From positions 98,703 to 162,702 of the forward strand of contig CAWAMK010000036.1 in NCBI GenBank assembly GCA_963783115.1: DNA of 64,000 nt. Direction: 5' to 3'. The stretch comes from an uncultured Alphaproteobacteria bacterium. Lineage in GTDB: Bacteria > Pseudomonadota > Alphaproteobacteria > Rhizobiales > Xanthobacteraceae. The position numbers were made by a program, and so were the translations under genes. This document shows, piece after piece, positions 1 to 13,073 of the stretch (positions are counted from its first letter, which is position 1; each line of letters begins with the position of its first letter). The notes beneath the pieces were generated by a model that did no database searches, was not told the DNA's origin, and saw nothing but the letters and a program-made list of their open reading frames with translations.

Positions 1-585
1 CCCGCTGCCGTGCTGCTGCAGCAGTTGCAGCGGCACGAACAGCTGCCGCCGCGCGGCATCGAACGGCAGCGTTGCGATCACCTGCGCGATGCCCTGGGCC
101 AGCCCGGCATGACGCGCGAGATGATCGATCACGGCCGAGGGCGGCGCTGCGATCCGCGCGCCGAGCGAGAACAGCGCCGAGGAGGTTTCGGTCGCATAGC
201 CTTCCAGCGCCGCCATCGACGGCATCGGATCGTTGTAGAGGTCGAACTGGTGCTCCTCGATCAGCCGCGTCAGAGGCTCGACCGGCAGGCGGAATTCGCC
301 GATGGTCTGCCGCAGTTCGGCGGCGACCGGATTGCCCTCGACGCCGCCATGGGCGGTGCCCGCCAGCATGTCGGTCCACCATTGCAGCCGCATTTCGCCG
401 GGCAGCGGCTGGCTGACCTGCTCGCGCACGCGCGATATCTCGACATTGAAGGCATAGACCGACAGCAGCGCGCGGCGCTGGACGTGCGGCAGGAACAGCG
501 TCGCGGCATAGCGGGCAAAATCGTGCGTGCGCACCAGATCGGCGCAGAACGCGGAAGATTCCTTCGACGTCGCCGCCCCGCTCAT
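1..585 (-). CDS. Squalene/phytoene synthase-family protein (NDUFAF6-like), truncated by window start
   Basis: Own translation from ATG 585: MSGAATSKESSAFCADLVRTHDFARYAATLFLP...YAFNVEISRVREQVSQPLPGEMRLQWW; ATGA overlap with the upstream gene. Confidence 0.85.
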   Translation of the reverse strand, partial: MSGAATSKESSAFCADLVRTHDFARYAATLFLPHVQRRALLSVYAFNVEISRVREQVSQPLPGEMRLQWWTDMLAGTAHGGVEGNPVAAELRQTIGEFRLPVEPLTRLIEEHQFDLYNDPMPSMAALEGYATETSSALFSLGARIAAPPSAVIDHLARHAGLAQGIAQVIATLPFDAARRQLFVPLQLLQQHGSG

Positions 586-966
586 GGCACCGCGATCAGC
601 GCCGCCGCGACCCGCCGCCGTTCGCCCAGCATGATGTTGTAGGTGCGGATCGCGGGTCCCGTCTGCATCGCATCGAGCACCACGCGCGACGGCGCGCAGC
701 GCCTCGCGCAGGCCGCGCGGCGGCAGCCAGACGTCGGTGCCGGTGCCGACGATCAGCGTGTCGATGGAATTGGCGGCCTTGAAGACGCGATCGAGCGAAT
801 ATTCGTCGATTTGGGATGGCTGCGTCACCTGCCAGGCCCAGATCGCATCCGGCAGGCACAACAGCGAGCCGCGATGCGACATGTCATCAAAGGCGAAGCC
901 GCCCTTGCCGTAGGCCTCGATCGGCGCCGACCTCGGAAGATGGGGAGCCTCCGGGGAACTGGCCAT
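582..966 (-). CDS. Mth938-like/NDUFAF3-family protein (one apparent frameshift)
   Basis: Own translation: PIEAYGKGGFAFDDMSHRGSLLCLP...MQTGPAIRTYNIMLGERRRVAAALIAVP; length 385 bp is not a multiple of 3; usual position downstream of secF. Confidence 0.85.
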
Positions 967-972
967 AGGCAA

Positions 973-1976
973 CTACTTCTTCGCTGGCTTATCCGGCGCG
1001 TCGCGGTGCTCGCCGACGCCGAGATAGATCAGGATCGGCGCGGCGATGAAGATCGAGGTGTAGGTGCCGACCAGCACCACGCCGAACATCATGACCGCCG
1101 TGAAGCTGTGAATCGCATGGCCGCCGAACACGAGCAGCGCGAGCAACGCCAGCGTCACCGTGACGTGGGTGATGATCGAACGCGACAATGTCGAATTGAT
1201 CGGATTCGTTCAAGAAGCTGCGGCATCGGCATTTTCTTGTAGCGACGCAGCATTTCCCGGATCCGGTCGTAGATCACGACGGTGTCGTTCAGGGAGTAGC
1301 CGAGAATGGTCAGCAGCGCCGCGATACTGGTGAGGTCGAAATCGACCTGCGAGATCGACATGAAGCCGATCGTCAGCACGATGTCGTGGACGTTGGCGAT
1401 CATGGCGCCCAGTGCGAACTGCCATTCGAACCGGAACCAGAGATAGATCAGGATCGCGAAGATCGCGAGCATCAGGCCGAGCATGCCGTAGGCCAGCAAT
1501 TCGCCGGAAACGCGCGGGCCGACCACTTCGACGCGGCGATAATCGACGCTGTCGCCGAGCGCGCCGCGAACCTTGGTCACCGCCGCCTGCTGCGCGGCGT
1601 CGCCGCCGGGCTGTTCGGCGACGCGGATCAGCACGTCGTTGGGACCGCCGAACTGCTGCAGCTGAATGTCGCCGAGCCCGAGCGTGCTCAACTTCGCGCG
1701 CATCTCGCCGATGTCGGCGGGTCCGGCCTTGTTCTGCACTTCCAGCAGCGTGCCGCCCCGGAAGTCGATGCCGAAGTTCAGCCCGTGGGTGAAGAACAGC
1801 ACGATCGCCAGAATCGAAAGCGCCGCCGAGATCGGAAAGCTGATGCGGCGAAACCGCGTGAAATCGAAATGCGTATCGTCGGGAACGATGCGCAGCGGCG
1901 GCAGCAGATCGAACACGGCGACCACGGTCAGCACGGCGATCAGAATGCCAAGCCCGATGAGAACGAATTGAGTCAC
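973..1976 (-). CDS. secF: Protein translocase subunit SecF (frameshift near 1200)
   Basis: [27 protein letters not shown], and C-terminal GTYTSIFIA in a second frame. Confidence 0.95.
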
Positions 1977-1986
1977 GATGAGATCC

Positions 1987-3586
1987 CTAGATCGGCACGG
2001 TCTTCGGCCGTTTCCATCGCACCCAGCCGGCGACGATCAGGCTGGTGAGGGTAAAGGCGGTGAAGACGGTCGTGATGATGCCAATGCCGAGCGTAACGGC
2101 GAAGCCGCGCACCGGGCCGGTGCCGATATAGAACAGCACCGCGGCGGCGATGAAGGTGGTGATGTTGGAATCCAGAATGGTCGACAGCGCGCGCCTGAAG
2201 CCGGCGTCGATCGCCGAAATCGCGTTGCGTCCGCCGCGCAACTCCTCGCGGATGCGCTCATAGATCAGCACGTTGGAATCGACCGCGATGCCGACCGTCA
2301 GCACGATGCCGGCGATGCCGGGCAGCGTCAGCGTGGCGTTGAGCAGCGACAGGATGCCGAAGATCATCGCGACGTTGATGGCGACCGCGATGTTGGCGAA
2401 CACGCCGAACAGGCGGTAGGTCAGCAGCATGAACACGATGACCAGGATGGAGCCGACATAGGCCGCGAGTTCGCCCTTTTCGATCGAAGTCCTGGCCGAG
2501 GCCCGGACCGACGGTCCGCTCCTCGATCACGGTCAGCGGCGCCGGCAGCGCGCCGGCCCGCATCAGCAGCGCGAGCTCGTTGGCCCCCTGCACGGTGAAG
2601 CTGCCGGAGATCTGACCCTGGCCGCCGGTGATCGGCTCGCGGATCACGGGCGCGGAAATCACCTTGTTATCGAGGATGATCGCAAATGGCACGCCGACGT
2701 TCTCCGACGTCGCCTGCGCGAATTTGCGCGAGCCCGAGCTGTTGAACTTGAAGTTGACGATCGGCTCATTGGTGCGCTGGTCGAAACCCGGCTGCGCATC
2801 GGTGAGGTCGGCGCCCGAAACCAGCACCTGCGTCTTGACGACGTACGGCACCTTCGGTGACGCCTCGCTCATCAGGACTTCCGAGCCGGCCGGCACGCGT
2901 CCTTGCTGGGCCTGATCCGGCGAGATCGACGGATCGACCATGCGGAATTCCATCTTGGCGGTCGTGCCAAGAATGCGCTTCAGCTCGGTCGGATCCTGCA
3001 AGCCCGGCACCTGAACCAGGATGCGGTCGGTGCCCTGGCGCTGGATCAGCGGCTCGACCGTGCCGAGCTGGTTGATGCGGCGCTCGACGATCTGGATCGA
3101 TTGTTCGATGGTCTGACGGATGCGGTCGGTGATGGCGGCCTGCGGCACCGTGAGACGGATCAATCCGCCGCCGGCATCGGAGACTTCGAGGCTGCGCTGC
3201 CCGGAGGAACCAAGCAGGCCGCCGAGCGGCTGCGACAGTTCACGCAGCTTGGGCAGCGCCGCCTGCAGGTCGGTATCCTTGACGCGGACTTCGACCGCAT
3301 CGGCGCGCGCGGAAAGGCCGGTGTAGCCGATCTTGGCCTCGCGCAGCACGCGACGGACCTCGTCGCGGACCTGATCGAGCTTTTCCTTCTTCACGTAGTT
3401 GGAATCGACTTCGAGCAGCAGATACGAACCGCCCTGCAAATCGAGGCCGAGCACGATGTGGCGCTGCGCCCAGACCGGCCAGGTCTTCACCCGTTCCTGG
3501 GGAAAGAAGTTCGGAACCGCGAACAGGCAGACCAGAAGCGCGGTCAGAATGATCGCCAGCGCCTTCCACCGCGTGAAATACAACAT
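1987..3586 (-). CDS. secD: Protein translocase subunit SecD (frameshift near 2490)
   Basis: LGLDLQGG, RINQLGTVEP, LTLPGIAGIVLTVGIAVDSNVLIYERIREE. Confidence 0.95.
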
Positions 3587-3639
3587 CGAGTAGACCCGTC
3601 AGATCCAGGAAAAAGCGCCGGGCAAGCGGCGCGGAAAAC

Positions 3640-4029
3640 TCAGCTCGCGGACGTCTCGTCCTTGTCAGCCTTTTCCTTGTCCTTTTCCTTGGCCTCGCCC
3701 TTCTCCTTGGCCGGCTCGCCCTTGGTGCGGACGCCCGAGATCATCTGCCGCATCTGGCGCACGCGGACGCCGTCCGAGATCTCGAATTCGATCTGGTCGT
3801 CGTCGACCACCTTGGTGACCTTGCCGACCAGGCCGCCAGAGGTGATGACGGTGTCGCCGCGGCGGATGTTTTTGACCAGCTCGGCATGATCCTTCACCTT
3901 CTTCTGCTGCGGACGCAGAATCAGGAAGTACATGATCACGAAGATCAGCGCGAACGGCAGCAGCGACATCAACATGCTGTTGGCATCGCCACCGGCCGCA
4001 GCCTGGGCGTACGCAGGGGTAATCAGCAT
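3640..4029 (-). CDS. yajC: Preprotein translocase subunit YajC
   Basis: IMYFLILRPQQKK...GDTVITSGGLVGKV; upstream of secD. Confidence 0.95.
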   Translation of the reverse strand: MLITPAYAQAAAGGDANSMLMSLLPFALIFVIMYFLILRPQQKKVKDHAELVKNIRRGDTVITSGGLVGKVTKVVDDDQIEFEISDGVRVRQMRQMISGVRTKGEPAKEKGEAKEKDKEKADKDETSAS

Positions 4030-4224
4030 TCGAACAATCCTCGTGAGAAGGAAAAGAACCGGCGCATGCCTGGGCTTAGCACCTTGGCAAATCGCCCGGT
4101 CCGGGCAAATTCGCGCGGACTATAGCGGCGGCCCGCCCAATTGCAACGTGGCCGAACCCCTCATTTAGGCCGCTTGCGGGAGCTTCCAAGGCCCGTTAAG
4201 GCTGCGCGGTCAGGAACTGCGAAA

Positions 4225-5197
4225 ATGTCAAAAAAAGCCAAGAAAACAACGGCCCGCAGCCGCCCCCAAAGCCACCTCTCGAGCCGCTGCAAAAACCGCG
4301 ACAAAACGTCCGGCAAGCGCGCTCGACGGCGCCACCGCGGAGCGGATCGCCATCGCGCTGGAAGCCATCGCCGGCCATCTTTCGGCGGCCTCTCCGGCCG
4401 CGGCTACCGTCGAGTCGTTCGGCGCGGCCGACGCCTTTGTCTGGCATCCGGACGGACGGCTTTCGCCGGTGCCGCGCGTCAGCCGCGTCGACCTCGGCCT
4501 GCTCAAGGGCATCGACCGGATGCGCGACATCCTGATCGAAAACACCGAGCGCTTTGCCGACGGCCTGCCCGCCAACAACGCGCTGCTGTGGGGCGCGCGC
4601 GGCATGGGCAAGTCGTCGCTGGTCAAGGCCACCCATGCCAATATCAACGTCGACCGCAAGCCGGCCGACCGGCTCAAGCTGATCGAGATTCATCGCGAGG
4701 ACATCGAGAGCCTGCCGGGCCTGATGGACCTGCTGCGCAGCTCCGATTTCCGCTTCATCGTGTTCTGCGACGATCTCTCCTTCGACGGCAACGACGCCTC
4801 CTACAAATCGCTCAAGGCGGTGCTGGAAGGCGGTATCGAGGGACGCCCCGACAACGTCATCCTCTACGCCACCTCGAACCGGCGGCATTTGCTGGCGCGC
4901 GAGATGATCGAGAACGAACGCTCGACCGCGATCAATCCGGGCGAAGCGGTCGAGGAGAAGGTGTCGCTGTCGGACCGCTTTGGCCTGTGGCTCGGCTTCC
5001 ATCGCTGCAGCCAGGACGAATACCTCGCCATGGTGCGCGGCTATTGCGGCCATTTCGGCATCAAGATGGATGACGAGGCGCTGGAGCGCGAGGCGCTGGA
5101 ATGGTCGACCACGCGCGGCTCGCGGTCCGGCCGCGTGGCCTGGCAGTTCACGCAGGAACTGGCGGGACGATTGGGCGTGAGGTTGTCGGGGAAGTAG
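4225..5197 (+). CDS. DUF815-family AAA+ ATP-binding protein (frameshift in N-terminal part)
   Basis: Walker A WGARGMGKSS, FCDDLSF, YATSNRRHL, EEKVSLSDRFGL, RSGRVAWQF. Confidence 0.88.
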
Positions 5198-5234
5198 GCG
5201 CGATGTGAGGCGCGCTGAACGCCAAGCACTCCGC

Positions 5235-5444
5235 CGTCATCCTCCGCGAAAGCGGGGGATCCAGTACGCCGCGGCTTCTCGGCTCAATCTCAACTGCTCG
5301 GAGTACTGGGTCGCCCGGTCCTGAGTGCGCAATTGCGCACAAGGCCGGGCGATGACATTTGTGGGTGTCGCAGTTCGTAGCCTGCATGAGCGCCAGCGAT
5401 ATGCGGGACAACTCCCCGGGGTCGCTTCGCTCGCCCGGGCTACG
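5235..5444. repeat. Composite REP cluster: CGTC-type palindrome (5235-5357) plus GTAG-type palindrome (5376-5444)
   Basis: CGTCAT...ATGACA ends with internal hairpins; CGTAGCC...GGGCTACG; lies between convergent genes. Confidence 0.8.
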
Positions 5445-5450
5445 GTCGCC

Positions 5451-6855
5451 TCACGCCCCGTTCAGGAATTGCAGCGGGTCAACCGGCGAAGATCCCTTGC
5501 GGATCTCGAAGTGGAGCTGCGGCGAACCCACCTCGCCCGATTGACCCGACTTGGCAATGATCTGGCCGCGCTTGATCGGGTCACCGCGCTTCACCAGCAG
5601 TTCACTCGCATGGGCATATGCGGTGACGTAACCGTTGGAGTGCCGCACCAGAACCAGATTGCCGTAACCCTTGAGCTCGTTGCCGGAATAGGCGACCACG
5701 CCGTCTTCCGCCGCCTTCACCGGCGTGCCTTCCGGCACCGCCAGGTTGATGCCGTCATTGGACTTGCCGTTGGTCTTGGCGCCGTAGGTCGTGATGACCT
5801 TGCCGCGCACCGGCCAGCGGAAGGTCGGCAGCGCGCCGGTGGCTTCGCTGGGCTTGACCGCGGCCGGCTCGGCGACGGGCTTTTCTTCCGTGACATTGGT
5901 GGTGGCGGAGGCCAGCCGCGCAGCCTGCGGCGGACCGCCAACTGAAGCCATCTTGGTCGCCGGCACGGCAACCACGGCAGCCGGCTGCGCGGGCGCAACG
6001 GCGACAGCGGCGGGCTGAGCGACCGGAGCCGCGGCAGCGGCCGCGGATTTCGAACCGGGCACGGTAAGCTTCATGCCGAGGCTGAGCCTGGCGGTCTGGT
6101 CGAGATTGTTGGCCCTGGCGAGTTCGCCGACCGGGACGTTGTTGCGGCGCGCGATGCTCATCAGCGTGTCGCCGCGATTGACGACATGGACGCTCGACGG
6201 CGCTGCGCCGACGGCGACCGGCCTGCTGGCCGCGGGTGCCAGCGACGGCGCGGCAGCCACGGCCGTCGTCTTCGGAATGATCAGTTGCTGGCCGGGCGAC
6301 AGCACGCGCGGGCCCCTGTAGCCATTGGCCTGCAGGATCGCGGCGGTGGAAACGTTGTAGCGCTTCGCCAGACCATCGAGCGTGTCGCTGGTGCCGACGA
6401 TGATCGTGGAGCCGTTATGCGCGACGGGGTGCGCTGCAGCGACCGGGCGAGCAGCAGCCACCGAGCGCGGCGGCACCGTGGCGGTGGTCTCGATCGGCGA
6501 CTGGGACGGCGGCGCGTAGGACGAGATCCCGCGCCCTCCTCCCGAGATGCCGCCCGAACTGGCGGGATAAGCCGGCTGGCGCTACGGCCGCGGGCGGCGG
6601 CAAGGCCTGGGACTGGAATTGCGGTGCGGGGGATGCCTGCGGCCGGGCGTATTGCGGCGGCTCGCGGCGCTCGGCGACCGGCGCGCGCACCGAACCGGTG
6701 GCGTCAGGCTGCGATGCAAAGGGGTTTGAAAACGAGCTGTCGGAAAGGCGCGTCTGCATATCGGCGCTGCAGCCGGCAAAGCCGACCGACATCAGCGTCA
6801 GCACCGCGACCTGCGGCACCCGACGCGAGCGAAGCAACTCGACAATACGGGACAT
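5451..6855 (-). CDS. LysM/M23 peptidase-domain lipoprotein (NlpD/DipM-like; frameshift near 6575)
   Basis: Lipobox FAGC, two LysM domains (DTLDGLAKRYNVS; GDTLMSIARRNNV), M23 domain FRWPVRG...NDGIN...YAH...LHFEIR. Confidence 0.9.
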
Positions 6856-6907
6856 GGTTACTCACTCGTACGCAACAAAATACTGTTTTGAGTAAACACG
6901 TGCCGAG

Positions 6908-6923
6908 TAAATAAGCGCTTAAC
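6908..6923. promoter_or_regulatory. CtrA-like box upstream of the nlpD/dipM-like gene
   Basis: TAAA-taagcgc-TTAAC, one mismatch to TTAA-N7-TTAAC. Confidence 0.5.
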
Positions 6924-6963
6924 CCTTCAAATAAGATGTTGGGCGGAACCGGCAATCCGGTTT

Positions 6964-7608
6964 TTACAGTTCGCGCGCAATTCCGGGCAGCGCCGGCACG
7001 AAGCGGACATCGACCAATTCCTTGCGCTCGAAACCGCTGTCGGTGCGGGTCACCCTCACCAGCGTCTGGGTGCCGTGATGAGGGCCGACCGGCGCGACCA
7101 GGATGCCGCGCGGCAGCAGCCGCTCCTGCAACTTTTCCGGAATCTGCTCCATCGCCGCCGTCACGATGATGCGGTCGAAATCGCCGGCGCCCACCGGCAC
7201 GTCGAAGCCGTCGCCGAGCATCACCTCGATGTTGAAATAGCCGAGCGCTTCGAGCCGGTCGCGCGCCGTGTCGGCCAACGTACGGTAGCGCTCGATCGTC
7301 AGCACGTGTGCACATAGCCGCGACAGCACCGCGGCCTGATAGCCGGAGCCGGTGCCGATCTCGAGCACCTTGTGGCTCTTCTGCAGCTGCAACTGCTCGG
7401 TCATGTAGGCCACCACGAAGGGCTGGCTGATGGTCTGCCCGCAGGCGATGCCGAGCGCGCTGTCGCGGTAGGCATGGACGCGATCGCCTGATGCCACGAA
7501 CACCTCCCGCGGCACCTCTTCCATGGCGCGCAGTACCGCCTGGTCGCTGATCCCCCGCCGCCGCAGGGCGAGCTGAAACATCATCTTCTCAGGCGGTTCT
7601 TGCGACAT
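6964..7608 (-). CDS. pcm: Protein-L-isoaspartate O-methyltransferase
   Basis: [31 protein letters not shown]. Confidence 0.95.
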   Translation of the reverse strand: MSQEPPEKMMFQLALRRRGISDQAVLRAMEEVPREVFVASGDRVHAYRDSALGIACGQTISQPFVVAYMTEQLQLQKSHKVLEIGTGSGYQAAVLSRLCAHVLTIERYRTLADTARDRLEALGYFNIEVMLGDGFDVPVGAGDFDRIIVTAAMEQIPEKLQERLLPRGILVAPVGPHHGTQTLVRVTRTDSGFERKELVDVRFVPALPGIAREL

Positions 7609-7718
7609 TGCGGTCTCGCAGCGGGGCCTGCCGCCAATCCAGTGCTCGGGCCACGCGAGATGTAATAGCCCCTGCGCGTTTAAGGAAGAATTTCCTCGAG
7701 ATTTTGGTTCCGGCGCCG

Positions 7719-7743
7719 GGAACCAAGGGTACCTCCCGGCGTT
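7719..7743 (+). promoter_or_regulatory. Sigma-EcfG (general stress response) promoter
   Basis: GGAAC-N16-CGTT, matching the EcfG consensus, upstream of a FATGY response regulator. Confidence 0.75.
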
Positions 7744-7770
7744 AGGGCACGGAAATCCGCGAGGGAGCCC

Positions 7771-7808
7771 TGCCTCGGGGGAGACTTGCCTTGGGGGAGA
7801 CTTGCCTC
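7771..7808 (+). repeat. 16-bp tandem repeat TGCCTYGGGGGAGACT (about 2.4 copies)
   Basis: tgcctcgggggagact tgccttgggggagact tgcctc. Confidence 0.85.
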
Positions 7809-7888
7809 AAAGCGCGCCGATCCACCTCGACGTTGCACCAAGAGGTGTTTTTTGCGAACCTCAAATCTCTGGAAGGGCAAGGATACCC

Positions 7889-8266
7889 ATGATGGCGACA
7901 CGGCCGGCAGGCTGTTCTGTATTCCTCGTTGAAGACGAGGTGATGATCCGGATGATGGTCGCCGACATGCTGGAAGAGCTGGGCCACACGGTCGCTGCCG
8001 AGGCCGGCGAAATCGGCGAAGCCCTCAAGCTCGCGCAATCGACCGAATTCGATCTCGCCATCCTCGACGTCAACGTCAACGGCAAGGTCATCACGCCGGT
8101 GGCCGAGCTGATCACGGCGCGCAACCGCCCGTTCATCTTCGCGACCGGCTACGGCTCGTCCGGCCTGCCCCCGGAATACCGCGACCGCCCCGCGCTGCAG
8201 AAGCCGTTCCAGCTGGAAACGCTGGCTCAGGTGATCGCGGCCACGATGAAGAGTGCGACGGTTTAG
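7889..8266 (+). CDS. Single-domain response regulator, PFxFATGY ('FAT GUY'; SdrG/MrrA-like) family
   Basis: LVEDE, AILDVN, RPFIFATGYG, LQKPF; no output domain. Confidence 0.9.
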   Translation: MMATRPAGCSVFLVEDEVMIRMMVADMLEELGHTVAAEAGEIGEALKLAQSTEFDLAILDVNVNGKVITPVAELITARNRPFIFATGYGSSGLPPEYRDRPALQKPFQLETLAQVIAATMKSATV

Positions 8267-8273
8267 ATCGCTG

Positions 8274-8372
8274 CGTAGCCCGGATGAGCGCAGCGACATC
8301 CGGGAATGCTTCGGCGTAGACCGGCCCCGGATATCGCTGCGCTCATCCGGGCTACTTCGTCGCCGGGCTACG
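8274..8372. repeat. GTAG-type REP palindrome pair
   Basis: CGTAGCCCGGATGAGCGCAGCGACATCCGGG and its inverted copy ...GCTCATCCGGGCTAC. Confidence 0.85.
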
Positions 8373-8375
8373 GCG

Positions 8376-9143
8376 TCACTTCAGCGTCGTCGTCAGCGCT
8401 TCCGAGAACGCCTCGTCCGTGCGATCGAGCCGCAGCGGCGTCACCGAGACGTAGCGCGCCGCAAGTGCTGCGAGATCGGTGCCTTCGGCCGGCGTATCCA
8501 TCATCGCCGCGCGCTCAAAGCCGATCCAGAAATACGGATTGCCGCGGCCATCGTGGCGCTTGTCGACCTTGAGGAAGCCGAGGTTGCGCTTGCCCTGGCG
8601 CGTCACGCGAACGCCCTGGACCAGGTCGGGCGTGCAGGCGGGGAAATTGACGTTGATCACCGTGTTCTTCGGTACGCCCGCATCGATCACCTTGCGCAGG
8701 ATATCGGGACCGAATTTCAGCGCGGTGTCCCACAGCGGCGCGTGGCGGGTCTCGATGGAAAATTCCTGGCTCAGCGCGAATGACGGGATGCCCAGGATCG
8801 TACCTTCGAGGGCACCGGCGATGGTGCCGGAATAGACCACGTCTTCGGCGACGTTGCGGCCTCGGTTGACGCCCGACAGCACCAGATCGGGCCCCTTGTC
8901 GCCGAGGATGTGGCGCGAGCCCATGATCACGCAATCGGTCGGCGTGCCCCTTACCGCGAAATGGCGCGGACCGACCTCGCGCAGCCGCAACGGATCGTTC
9001 AGCGACAGCGAATGCGAGACGCCGGATTGATCCATCTCCGGCGCCACGACCCAGACGTCGTCGGACAGCCCGCGCGCGATCTCTTCGACGATCTTCAAGC
9101 CGGGCGCATGGATGCCGTCATCGTTGGTGCAGAGAATTCGCAT
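8376..9143 (-). CDS. surE: 5'/3'-nucleotidase SurE
   Basis: [32 protein letters not shown]. Confidence 0.96.
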   Translation of the reverse strand: MRILCTNDDGIHAPGLKIVEEIARGLSDDVWVVAPEMDQSGVSHSLSLNDPLRLREVGPRHFAVRGTPTDCVIMGSRHILGDKGPDLVLSGVNRGRNVAEDVVYSGTIAGALEGTILGIPSFALSQEFSIETRHAPLWDTALKFGPDILRKVIDAGVPKNTVINVNFPACTPDLVQGVRVTRQGKRNLGFLKVDKRHDGRGNPYFWIGFERAAMMDTPAEGTDLAALAARYVSVTPLRLDRTDEAFSEALTTTLK

Positions 9144-9238
9144 CCGTCAAAATGCCTTCTGGTTGGGATCGAGGGGCGCATGTCCCTTGGCGCCGTCTTA
9201 TCCGGCTATCGCAATGGAGGCAAACCGGCCCGGTTTCC

Positions 9239-9686
9239 TTATGTTTTCTTCATCCAGACCCGCCACGGACGCGCGAATTTGGCGCCGCCGTCGATTTTGA
9301 TGTGGAGGTCAGGCAATTCCGGCTTTGGCGGCTCGACGAGGGAGAGGCTGCGGGGTCGCGGCCTCCAGTGACACCGGAGGAGGCGGCGGCAGCTCAACGG
9401 ACGCGGGCGGCTCCAGCTTCGGCGGCGCGAGAGGTTCGACCGCTGGAGTCGCAGCTGCCGGTACTGATCCCACGGGATAGCGCGTTCGCGCCACCGCCAG
9501 CCCCTTGTCGAAATCATCGGCCTTGAGCCACGCCTTGGCACGCAAGCTCTCGACGAGATCGTCATCCCACAGCCGGATCACTTCGATGTCGAAGGCGCCC
9601 TCCAGCCGCTGGTCGATCAATTGCATGCCGTGGCCGGTAACGGCCCATTGCCTCCCGATCCAAAGGATGTCGCGATGCAATGCCAT
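9239..9686 (-). CDS. Hypothetical protein with Pro-rich linker (probable frameshift near 9360)
   Basis: MALHRDILWIGRQWAVTGHG...; C-terminus LHIKIDGGAKFARPWRV in a second frame; starts just after serS. Confidence 0.6.
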
Positions 9687-9698
9687 ATCTGCCTTGCG

Positions 9699-11081
<1,383 letters not shown>

Positions 11082-11092
11082 GGCTCATTTCC

Positions 11093-11181
11093 CGTCATGG
11101 CCGGGCTTGTCCCGGCCATCCACGTCTTCGTCGCACGGTCTGTAAAAGACGTGGATGCCCGGGACAAGCCCGGGCATGACG
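11093..11181. repeat. CGTC-type REP palindrome pair
   Basis: CGTCATGGCCGGGCTTGTCCCGGCCATCCAC...GTGGATGCCCGGGACAAGCCCGGGCATGACG. Confidence 0.88.
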
Positions 11182-11230
11182 AATCATGGGCAGCATGGCC
11201 GATGATAGGGAAAATGCGGCCGCTAGCGCC

Positions 11231-12052
11231 CTATTCCGCCGGATTGCCCTCCGGGGGCGGGCTGGCGGGCGGCGTGCCGGACGCGGCCTGGGCGGCCGCC
11301 TTCTTTTCCACCATGCGGACCGCGATGATGGCGCCCTCGTAGAGCACCAGCAGCGGGATCGCCAGCGAGGCCTGGCTGATGACGTCGGGCGGCGTCAGCA
11401 CGGCGGCGATCACGAAGGCGATGACGATGAAATAGCGCCGCTTCTCGCGCAGCATCTTTGAGGTGACGATGCCGATCCGCCCCAGCAGCGTCAGGATGAC
11501 AGGCAGCTGGAACGCGATGCCGAAGGCGAAGATCAGCGACATCATCAGCGACAGGTACTCGCCGACCTTCGGCAACAGCTCGATCTTTGCGGTATCGTCG
11601 CCGCCGAGCTGCTGCATGCCGAGCGAGAATTTCGCCAGCATCGGGAACACGACGAAATAGACCAGCGCCGCGCCCAGCACGAAGAAGAACGGCGTCGCGA
11701 CCAAATACGGCAGGAAGGCGTGGCGCTCGTGCTTGTAGAGCCCGGGCGCCACGAACATGTAGATCTGCCCCGCCACGATCGGGAACGAGATGAAGGCCGC
11801 GCCGAACATCGCCAGCTTCAACTGGGTCAGGAAATATTCCAGGAACGCGGTGTAGATCAGCTTGGCGTTTCCGCCTTCACCAACGGCCAGGACATAGGGC
11901 CACACCAGCACGTTGAAGATCTGCTTGGCGAAGAAGAAGCAGAAGATGAAGGCTATACCGAACGCCAACAGCGCCTTGATCAGCCGCGAGCGCAGCTCGA
12001 TCAGATGATCCATCAACGGCGCCTTGCTGGCCTCGATGTCCTCGACGGTCAT
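11231..12052 (-). CDS. tatC: Twin-arginine translocase TatC
   Basis: [28 protein letters not shown]. Confidence 0.96.
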   Translation of the reverse strand: MTVEDIEASKAPLMDHLIELRSRLIKALLAFGIAFIFCFFFAKQIFNVLVWPYVLAVGEGGNAKLIYTAFLEYFLTQLKLAMFGAAFISFPIVAGQIYMFVAPGLYKHERHAFLPYLVATPFFFVLGAALVYFVVFPMLAKFSLGMQQLGGDDTAKIELLPKVGEYLSLMMSLIFAFGIAFQLPVILTLLGRIGIVTSKMLREKRRYFIVIAFVIAAVLTPPDVISQASLAIPLLVLYEGAIIAVRMVEKKAAAQAASGTPPASPPPEGNPAE

Positions 12053-12564
12053 GACGCTTTGGCGTCCTTGAGCACGTCAGGCGCCGCGGGTGCGGTGTCC
12101 TGCGGCACGGCCTGAACTTCACGGGTGATCGCGAGCGGCTCGGAGGCCGCTGGATGCGCCTCGGCTTCGACGAAGGTTTCAGGCGTCGGCGCTACCGGTG
12201 TCGTCGGCGTGACGGGCTCGCCGATCGCGGCCGCCACCTGGGCATCGTTGGCCGTGACCGCAGGCTTGTCGATGTCGCCGATCTGCATGGCGTCGCTGAC
12301 GTCCTTCTGCAGCGAGGTCATGACGTTGGCCGGGGAAAGGCCCGTCGCCACATCCTTGACCTCGTCAAAGCTCTTCTTGAGGTCGGCCATTTCGGCCTCG
12401 CGCATCGCTTCCTGGAACTGGCCCTGGAATTCGGCTGCCATCTTGCGGGCCTTGCCCATCCACTGGCCGACCATGCGCAGCACGCCCGGCAGCTCTTTCG
12501 GGCCGATGGCGATCAGCGCGACGACCGCGATGACGACCAGTTCACTCCACCCGATGTCGAACAT
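12049..12564 (-). CDS. tatB: Twin-arginine translocase TatB
   Basis: [26 protein letters not shown]. Confidence 0.95.
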   Translation of the reverse strand: MFDIGWSELVVIAVVALIAIGPKELPGVLRMVGQWMGKARKMAAEFQGQFQEAMREAEMADLKKSFDEVKDVATGLSPANVMTSLQKDVSDAMQIGDIDKPAVTANDAQVAAAIGEPVTPTTPVAPTPETFVEAEAHPAASEPLAITREVQAVPQDTAPAAPDVLKDAKAS

Positions 12565-12680
12565 GAATTCTTCCGCTCGCGCGAGACGTCCGCGCCCAAA
12601 TCCTATCTAGCAGATTTGGGGCTGCCCGCGTCTTTTCTCAACCGGCGTCCTTCGACGGACCCCGGTCCGGGATGCCTGGA

Positions 12681-12926
12681 TCAGACAGCCTTGCTGCCGA
12701 CATCCGTCCGGGCCGCCGTCGGCGCCGGCGCTGCGGTGTGATCGATGGTTTTCACCGGCTCGGCGGGCTTTTCGGCGGCCGTCTTGTCGTCGTCCTGCAT
12801 GCCCTTCTTGAAGGCCTTGATGCCCTGCGCGACGTCGCCCATCAGGTCGGAAATCTTGCCGCGGCCGAACAACAGCAGGACCACTGCGATCACGACGATC
12901 CAGTGCCAAATGCTAAGCGAACCCAT
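12681..12926 (-). CDS. tatA: Twin-arginine translocase TatA
   Basis: [12 protein letters not shown]...[17 protein letters not shown]. Confidence 0.95.
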   Translation of the reverse strand: MGSLSIWHWIVVIAVVLLLFGRGKISDLMGDVAQGIKAFKKGMQDDDKTAAEKPAEPVKTIDHTAAPAPTAARTDVGSKAV

Positions 12927-13073
12927 CCTGCAACCCTCCAAAAAGAGACGGCCGGATACCGGCCAAGCTTTGGCGGAAGGTAGGCCCGGGAGGTGTCAAA
13001 AACAAGGACCCATGCCGCGGCAAATCGCTGTCGCGGCTACGTATTACGGCTATCATTAACCCCGCTTGCGGGG

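Noticed and set aside
1-4029. yajC-secDF linked to NDUFAF3/NDUFAF6 homologues as a novel system
   Set aside because: Already a recognised conserved alphaproteobacterial gene cluster
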